Assembly (NCBI GenBank): GCA_963575745.1
Contig: CAUYUJ010000076.1
Span: 1-64,000, forward strand
Length of the DNA: 64,000 bases
Source: Prorocentrum cordatum
Lineage: Eukaryota
Direction: 5' to 3'
Made by a program: the position numbers and the translations under genes. Under the pieces are notes generated by a model. It searched no databases. It saw only the letters and a program-made list of their open reading frames with translations, and was not told the DNA's origin. Of this stretch, positions 60,301 through 64,000 are shown piece by piece. Each line of letters begins with the position of its first letter. Position 1 is the first letter of the stretch.

Positions 60301-62586
60301 TTGCTCCGAGCAAGGACCATGCATTTTAAGGTTCCGTAGCGCGTCCCCTCGGCACGTTCCGCGGTGCGTCCCCGTGGCACGTCCCCTGGCACGTCGCCTG
60401 GCGCGTCCCTTAGGACGTTCCGCGGCGCGTCCTCCTGGCATGCTCCCCTGTCAATTAGCTTTGGGGCAGCTACTATGTGCTCAGGCAGCTCGAGCTTAAG
60501 ATCCAGATCAGTTCGGTCAGGACTCGGATGCAAAGGAGGACTCGATCCACAACACTATAGAGCACAATCAGGGCATGGCACATGGCAGTTTAGCACAGCG
60601 CAGCACAGCACAGCCCTCGGCCCGGTACATCAAGATCGATACACTCAGCATTGCAACCGTGCACGTTCCGTGGCGCGTCCCGTGGCGAGTCCCCCTGGCA
60701 CGTCGCGCGGCGCGTCCCCTGGCACGTCCCGTGGCACGTCCATTGGCACGTTCCGTAGAGCGTCCCCTTGGCACGTCCCGCGATGCGTCCCCGTGGTACG
60801 TCCCCTGGCACGTCGCCTGGCGCGTCCCTTAGGACGTTCTGCGGCGCGTCCTCCTGGCATGTTCCCCTGTCAGTTAGCTTTAGTGCAGCTACTATGTGCT
60901 CAGGCAGCTCGAGCTTAAGATCCAGATCAGTTCGGTCAGGACTCGGATGCAAAGGAGGACTCGATCCACAACGCTATAGAGCACAATCGTGGCATGGCAC
61001 ATCGCAATTCAGCACAGCGCTGCACAGCACAGCCCTCTGCACGGTACATCAAGATCGATATACTAAGCATTGCATTTGCCCGTCGCCCAGTCAGGTGTCT
61101 TTGAAACGTTGCCATGTCTTACATTTCTATACTCCTTTCCGGGTTCGTGGGTTGATCATGTTGCGTGACCCACGACCCCCCCGGAATTCAGACAACACGA
61201 TTCGGGGACGCTAACCAGGACGCTTTTCGGCTCCCCCCCTCGCGTGTTCAGCAACAATTTAAGTAAGGAAGGAGAAAGCAGGATTGTAACGGTGGAAATT
61301 GGAAACTGCAACTGGTACAGGGAGCTGCAAGCTTAATCTTCGCAGCCTGATGACCCCGCAAGGGGGCTGGCGGATCTCATTGCTTGTGTTCCCCTGTATA
61401 TGATGCGCGTGGAGGGCAACGCCCCCCATTGGAGCCCCTGCGGGGGTGGCCAGGGCCGCCCCCAGTGTGTGCCCTCGATGTGGTCGTGGTCGCCTGCTGT
61501 CCCCCGCACGTCTGGGGGTCGCCCCCAGGCCAGGGCCGCCCCCTCTGGGCACACCTCCGGACCCCGGGGCGCATCCCGAGGGCGGCACTGCTTAGCAACG
61601 ACGAAGCTCGAACCTCGAAGTTCGAACCTCGAGTGGAGGGGAACGCTCCCCGTTGGGAGCCCTTCGGGCGTGGGACGGCCGGGGCCGTCCCCCCCCCCCC
61701 CCCCCCGGGCACACCTCCGGGCCCCCGTGCACGTGGAGCGGGCGCTGGTCCCCGAGGGCGCGGCCCTGGCGGCGAGCGGCGCGGGGGCGGAGTTCCGCCG
61801 CGGGGAGCGGCGGCTCTGCTGGATGTCAGGGCATCGTTGTAGACGACCCCTATCAGCCCGGGACCCCCTCGCGATGCGGAAAGATCGCGACGGGAGGTTT
61901 TTCACTACTTTCGGCTTCCGGGGGGCCCTTGCCGGGCCCTGGGACCGCCAAAAAACGACTCAGGATGAAAAAGCGGTCCCGTGGAAGGGGTCGAGGCCTT
62001 TGGGGGTCACTATCGTTTCGCCGACCCCTACAGTCGAAACGGTACCCAGCGATCCGACGCTCCAAAAAAAATTGGAGCGGGCGGTTCTTGGCCGTTTTCG
62101 GCCTCTGGGGGCCCTCGCCGGGCCTCGGGAGCGTCAAAGAATTATTCAGGACGAAAAGCCAGCCTTGGGAAGATGTCCGGACCTCTGGGGCCTACGCATC
62201 GAAAAATCGGAGCAGCCGGATGTCTGGGTTGTCAGGGTGGGCAATTTTCCCAAGGGTACCCTTGCATCCTTGCCTCCTCGGTCCATCTTTGACCACTTTC
62301 GATGGCGCTTCAACACGGGCGTTCAAGGGACTTGCATGCTTATCGCGCATCCTTACTATAAGTATTGACTGCGTCCCTATCCCGTTCCCATCCAGACCTC
62401 CACCATCTCATCCCCCCAGTTGCGGATATGCCCCTCGAAGCCCGAAGGAACGGACAACATCCCCATCCAGGGGGGTACATCGGCCAGTGGGGCCCAGGCC
62501 GTGCCGTCAGGGGTAGGGGTCGGATAAGCGATGCTCAGGATGGGCGTGGGCCACATGGCCGACGTGGGCGTGACTGCCGCCGTCAG
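25603..62586 (+). CDS. mutY: A/G-specific adenine DNA glycosylase (MutY/MUTYH), at least 18 exons; 3' end probably outside the window
   Basis: Hand-joined exons give MutY motifs in the correct order: SYH..[31 protein letters not shown] (catalytic Glu), [11 protein letters not shown], HhH LRGVGPYTAGAVASI, VDGNVLRVLARL (catalytic Asp), GELNQAIMELGATLC, LPLPPPRKARREE, NUDIX-like GLLAGQWEFP, HVFSHVR (8-oxoG recognition loop), WMGVGHMADVGVTAAVR. Phases are compatible across GT/GC/GA-AG introns at most junctions. Confidence 0.93.
25851..25902 (+). CDS. mutY: MutY exon 2 (YPSLWAFLSHADESYHT)
   Basis: cag| acceptor and GA donor; the SYH motif precedes the LLxWY helix as in eukaryotic MUTYH. Confidence 0.7.
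27559..27648 (+). CDS. mutY: MutY exon 3 ([30 protein letters not shown])
   Basis: LLxWY...RxLPWR N-terminal MutY signature. Confidence 0.9.
27650..27806. mobile_element. Palindromic MITE inserted in MutY coding sequence; related copy at about 31150-31310
   Basis: Near-perfect hairpin GGGCACATGCGAGCCCT...AGGGCTCGCACGTGCCC; CCGT direct repeat at 27646-27649 and 27808-27811. Confidence 0.85.
27811..27877 (+). CDS. mutY: MutY exon 4 (YTGSTAGMARAGAEARAPAPPR); boundaries uncertain
   Basis: In frame with exon 3 once the palindromic insert is removed; phase-1 GT donor at 27878 (alternative at 27890) fits exon 5. Confidence 0.55.
28285..28505 (+). CDS. mutY: MutY exon 5 ([73 protein letters not shown])
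   Basis: Strong MutY catalytic-domain match; tag| acceptor and GT donor. Confidence 0.96.
29188..29269 (+). CDS. mutY: MutY exon 6 (VLGEFRGELPRTLEELRSLRGVGPYTA), helix-hairpin-helix
   Basis: HhH motif LxGVGxYTA; aag| acceptor and GA donor. Confidence 0.93.
30963..31085 (+). CDS. mutY: MutY exon 7 (GAVASICFGEPAPIVDGNVLRVLARLCAVAAHPQQPAFCAE)
   Basis: VDGNVxRV catalytic Asp motif; cag| acceptor and GC donor. Confidence 0.94.
31825..31862 (+). CDS. mutY: MutY exon 8 (GRLAWQLAEKLVK)
   Basis: Matches the W-x-L-A-x-x-L-V helix; gag| acceptor and GC donor; phases fit. Confidence 0.82.
34589..34717 (+). CDS. mutY: MutY exon 9 (ADGGAHAGELNQAIMELGATLCAPSGTGADPRDPLGPFYKSTK)
   Basis: G-x-x-NQAxMELGATxC motif; may extend to 34723 to use a GC donor. 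Confidence 0.92.
35855..38740. repeat. 2.9-kb (GAT/GCT)n cryptic trinucleotide repeat with a higher-order duplication of about 0.9 kb
   Basis: Distinctive variants recur about 0.9 kb apart (e.g. AAGAGGATGGGGATGGGGATTATGATTAGG at about 36427 and 37336). Confidence 0.92.
39360..39655. repeat. About 62-bp minisatellite (GGGAAGTGCACCATCCTCGAGTGGGCACGC...)
   Basis: About 5 tandem units. Confidence 0.8.
39930..40325. repeat. 9-bp repeats (GGGTTCCTC)n followed by (GCCGAGCGA/T)n
   Basis: Directly visible. Confidence 0.9.
41527..41614 (+). CDS. mutY: MutY exon 10, interdomain connector (IGADALQARRDGALEALLGAAGHGVFSCP); 3' boundary uncertain (41590 or 41614)
   Basis: cag| acceptor, GC3-rich coding-like segment, and position between exons 9 and 11. 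Confidence 0.6.
41665..41832. mobile_element. Dispersed repeat J; copies at 42225-42387 and 45672-45841
   Basis: GGTGGACAGGCCTCC...GGAGGTTTGTCCACC inverted ends; colinear copies. Confidence 0.8.
42643..43602 (+). mobile_element. Satellite-containing non-autonomous element (family B), copy 1
   Basis: Subterminal inverted repeat CCCTACCTAGG/CCTAGGTAGGG; conserved head of about 120 bp; internal (TTAGC)n-(ATAGC)n-(ATATC)n-(GATGTA)n. Confidence 0.82.
44306..44476. mobile_element. Near-perfect 171-bp palindrome flanked by TTAA
   Basis: ttaa-CGGGCGAAGAACGGTATAA...TTATACCGTTCTTCGCCCG-ttaa; arms pair to the centre. Confidence 0.88.
44550..44605 (+). CDS. mutY: MutY exon 11 (ACAAGAGAYLEGLRAAGTE)
   Basis: Pyrimidine tract plus cag| acceptor; GA donor; CCGAGGAG repeated at the junction with exon 12. 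Confidence 0.6.
45444..45509 (+). CDS. mutY: MutY exon 12 (EAAAAQAHLLLPLPPPRKARRE)
   Basis: Corresponds to the (F/L)P-x-x-x-x-K-x-x-REE linker; GA donor. Confidence 0.75.
46340..46530. mobile_element. Foldback family E (TTTTGGCGCTCCGCGCAGATTTCTTGG...CCAAGAAATCCGCGCGGAGCGCCAAAA and GGAGGTCCGCGCGGA variants); copies at about 14720-14840, 15880-16000, 17700-17770, 28115-28280, 28830-29000, 29745-29935 and 34765-34830
   Basis: Long terminal inverted repeats visible in each copy. Confidence 0.8.
46989..47039 (+). CDS. mutY: MutY exon 13 (ERLVVLALRREPVPGEQ)
   Basis: First beta strand of the C-terminal domain; completes REE; GC donor. Confidence 0.7.
49736..49840 (+). CDS. mutY: MutY exon 14 (GPAWLLWRRAGAGLLAGQWEFPCALVAQHLGAPPE)
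   Basis: LL-x-x-R-x-x-x-GLLAGxWEFP NUDIX-like motif. Confidence 0.92.
50250..50960. repeat. Tandem duplication of about 380 bp containing CTCCCGCTGCAGCGCTGG subrepeats
   Basis: 50260-50640 is colinear with 50645-50960. Confidence 0.75.
52130..52365. mobile_element. Palindromic element (GATGGGGTCGGAGTAGATGGG...CCCATCTACTCCGACCCCATC); partial copy at 56050-56210
   Basis: Long inverted repeats with CATCGCCGATGCATC internal repeats. Confidence 0.8.
53655..53918. mobile_element. Dispersed family F (AAAAGGTACC...GGATTCGCCTCGAAATCCTGG...CGGGAGAGGTCC...GGTACC); copies at about 18490-18645, 25907-26060, 29957-30120, 46540-46662, 47315-47400 and 56805-56955
   Basis: Repeated colinear sequence with inverted AGGTACC/GGTACCT ends. 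Confidence 0.8.
54300..55250. repeat. (ATGT)n/(ATGC)n alternating purine-pyrimidine microsatellite
   Basis: Directly visible. Confidence 0.95.
56461..56554 (+). CDS. mutY: MutY exon 15 (DPGPEARGAAASALLRELGAEEGLSGRESLP)
   Basis: gag| acceptor and GT donor; phases fit exons 14 and 16; ALLxEL helix. Confidence 0.78.
56771..56801 (+). CDS. mutY: MutY exon 16 (GPLEHVFSHVR)
   Basis: HxFSH 8-oxoG recognition loop; cag| acceptor and GC donor. Confidence 0.88.
57819..58732 (-). mobile_element. Family B copy 2, inverted, nested in a family A MITE
   Basis: Same ends as 42643-43602; internal 11-bp (AAAGCTAAGCT)n array; splits the family A core. Confidence 0.82.
58905..59155. repeat. About 40-bp minisatellite GAGGATGTCTCGAGCGAAACG...
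   Basis: About 6 units. Confidence 0.8.
59195..60325. repeat. About 59-bp tandem satellite (GTATCTAACATGGTGGTCCCGAGCTGGAACCACGTGTTTTCACGTGTCCAGGCCACCCAGGG)
   Basis: More than 15 units, interrupted at about 59835-59995. Confidence 0.92.
60375..61075. repeat. Near-identical direct duplication with about 420-bp period
   Basis: 60375-60655 matches 60795-61075. Confidence 0.9.
61727..61821 (+). CDS. mutY: MutY exon 17 (VHVERALVPEGAALAASGAGAEFRRGERRLCW); 5' boundary unresolved
   Basis: Coding-like segment; the GA donor inside the Trp codon joins exon 18 in phase. Confidence 0.68.
62539..62586 (+). CDS. mutY: MutY exon 18 (MGVGHMADVGVTAAVR)
   Basis: Aligns to the C-terminal W-x5-(F/M)-x-x-x-x-V-(S/T)-x-A-x-K helix of MUTYH; cag| acceptor and GA donor. 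Confidence 0.78.
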
Positions 62587-63180
62587 GAATCGAAGGGGAA
62601 AAGTCTGAATAAGAACATGTCGCCGCGCCGTTTCTCCCGACGCGCGGCCTTGCGCCTCGGGGAACACCTCGGGCACCACAGACGCAGAGTCTGCCGCGGA
62701 TTTGCCGCGGTGTCGGCTTCGTCTGCTTGGGCGCGCTCAGAACACATGGCGCAGCGACACATACTTACAGTCAAGACGCCGAGATAAGAAACCGCTTCAG
62801 GTTCGGAAGGGGCCCGCTGTTCCCTGGGCCACTCCGTGGCTGTTCCTCCTGCCCTTTCCTCGTGCACCCAGGCCTTGGTGGTGCCCCACATGGGCCCCGC
62901 TCCTTACCTAGCGTTCCTGATTGCAGCAGCTGGCTGTGCTCCTCTCGGAGGTGCCCGCAGATCTCCCCGCATCGGCGCGGGAGCCCCCCCCCTCGGCGCG
63001 TGGGCGGCGCCGGAGGCGCCGCCCGGGGGGGTCCAGCGCCGCTGCGAGGCGTGCGCGCGGACCTGCGAGGGCGTGTGGTTGTGCAGGCGCTGGTTCTCCC
63101 GAGGGCTATGATATCTATACGTGTATGTATATTCAATCAACCAATCAATCAATCAATCTATCTATCTATCTATCTATCTA

Positions 63181-63251
<71 letters not shown>

Positions 63252-63588
63252 GTATAAGTAAATGCGTATGCATGTATACATAAACACATATTTACATACG
63301 CACATCTATATACACATCTGTACATCTACATCTATCTATATTTCTACATGCATGTATATACACCTATGACATCAATACACACACGCGTAGATACTACACG
63401 CAGATTCGCTGGCCCAGGCCTGTCCGCTCCTGGGCCCAGGAGCGGTGGCTCTGTCACCCCGGCCACCTCAGGAGGGCGTCGTACCCCGCCGCGGGGCCCA
63501 GGAGGGGCCGCGCCTGCGTGGGGCACCGGGTACGCGTGCCGTGAACCCGCATAGGAGGGATGAGCGCCTTTCCAAGGGTTACCGTTAA

Positions 63589-63773
63589 GTCGGGCCTGTC
63601 CCCCTACAGGGGGACTTTCGACGGCAAATATAAGAATACCCCAGAAATAAGCAAAACATAGTCCAAAAATAGTCTGGGGACTATCTTTTTAGTATTTTCT
63701 GACCTTTTTGGAGTACTTGTGGGGTATTTTTCATTTCTCGTCGAAAATCCCCCCGTAGGGGGACAGGCCCGAC
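63589..63773. mobile_element. MITE family A, best-preserved copy
   Basis: ttaa-GTCGGGCCTGTCCCCCTAC...GTAGGGGGACAGGCCCGAC-ttaa. Confidence 0.9.
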
Positions 63774-64000
63774 TTAAGGTTACCCTTGCGTCCTTCCCCT
63801 TCGGCCCCTCGCTTGGCCGCTTTCGCCGGCCGCGCCCCGCCAGCAGAGCGTCGACGTGGCCTTCCGAGGCCCCTGCATCCTCGTCGTGCGTCCTTCTCAT
63901 GCAGGTTGGCTCTGCCCCCCCCCCCCCCTGGGCCTGGGGGGACGGGTCGCCACGAGTTGGAGCGTCCAAGATGGCCTCATCGAGAGAGAGCAGAGCTCAC

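Noticed and set aside
59195..60325. CRISPR-like periodic array
   Set aside because: Whole units are repeated with no unique spacers, there are no cas genes, and the context is a eukaryotic intron

Overview
GC-rich, extremely repeat-dense eukaryotic genomic DNA. It is most likely from a core dinoflagellate: there is a 20/22 match to the dinoflagellate spliced leader, and introns use GA/GC/GT donors. Almost all ORFs in the six-frame track are artefacts of microsatellites or transposon fragments. The one confidently identifiable gene is a plus-strand A/G-specific adenine DNA glycosylase (MutY/MUTYH). It is split into at least 18 small exons (about 1.47 kb of CDS) over about 37 kb (25603-62586), and its 3' end probably lies beyond the window. 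Three features stand out. (1) The [4Fe-4S] cysteine motif is replaced by C-x7-D-x2-D-P-x4-Y while the catalytic and 8-oxoG-recognition motifs are intact. (2) Most introns have short direct repeats across their two junctions, like transposon target-site duplications. (3) A palindromic MITE sits inside a conserved coding motif, and two other junctions have no clean canonical splice solution. Fragments of a second, unidentified multi-exon gene lie at about 11.5-20.9 kb. The rest is nested non-autonomous DNA transposons (TTAA-, TA- and TT-targeting families), minisatellites and simple repeats. All exon boundaries were derived by hand and need transcript confirmation.
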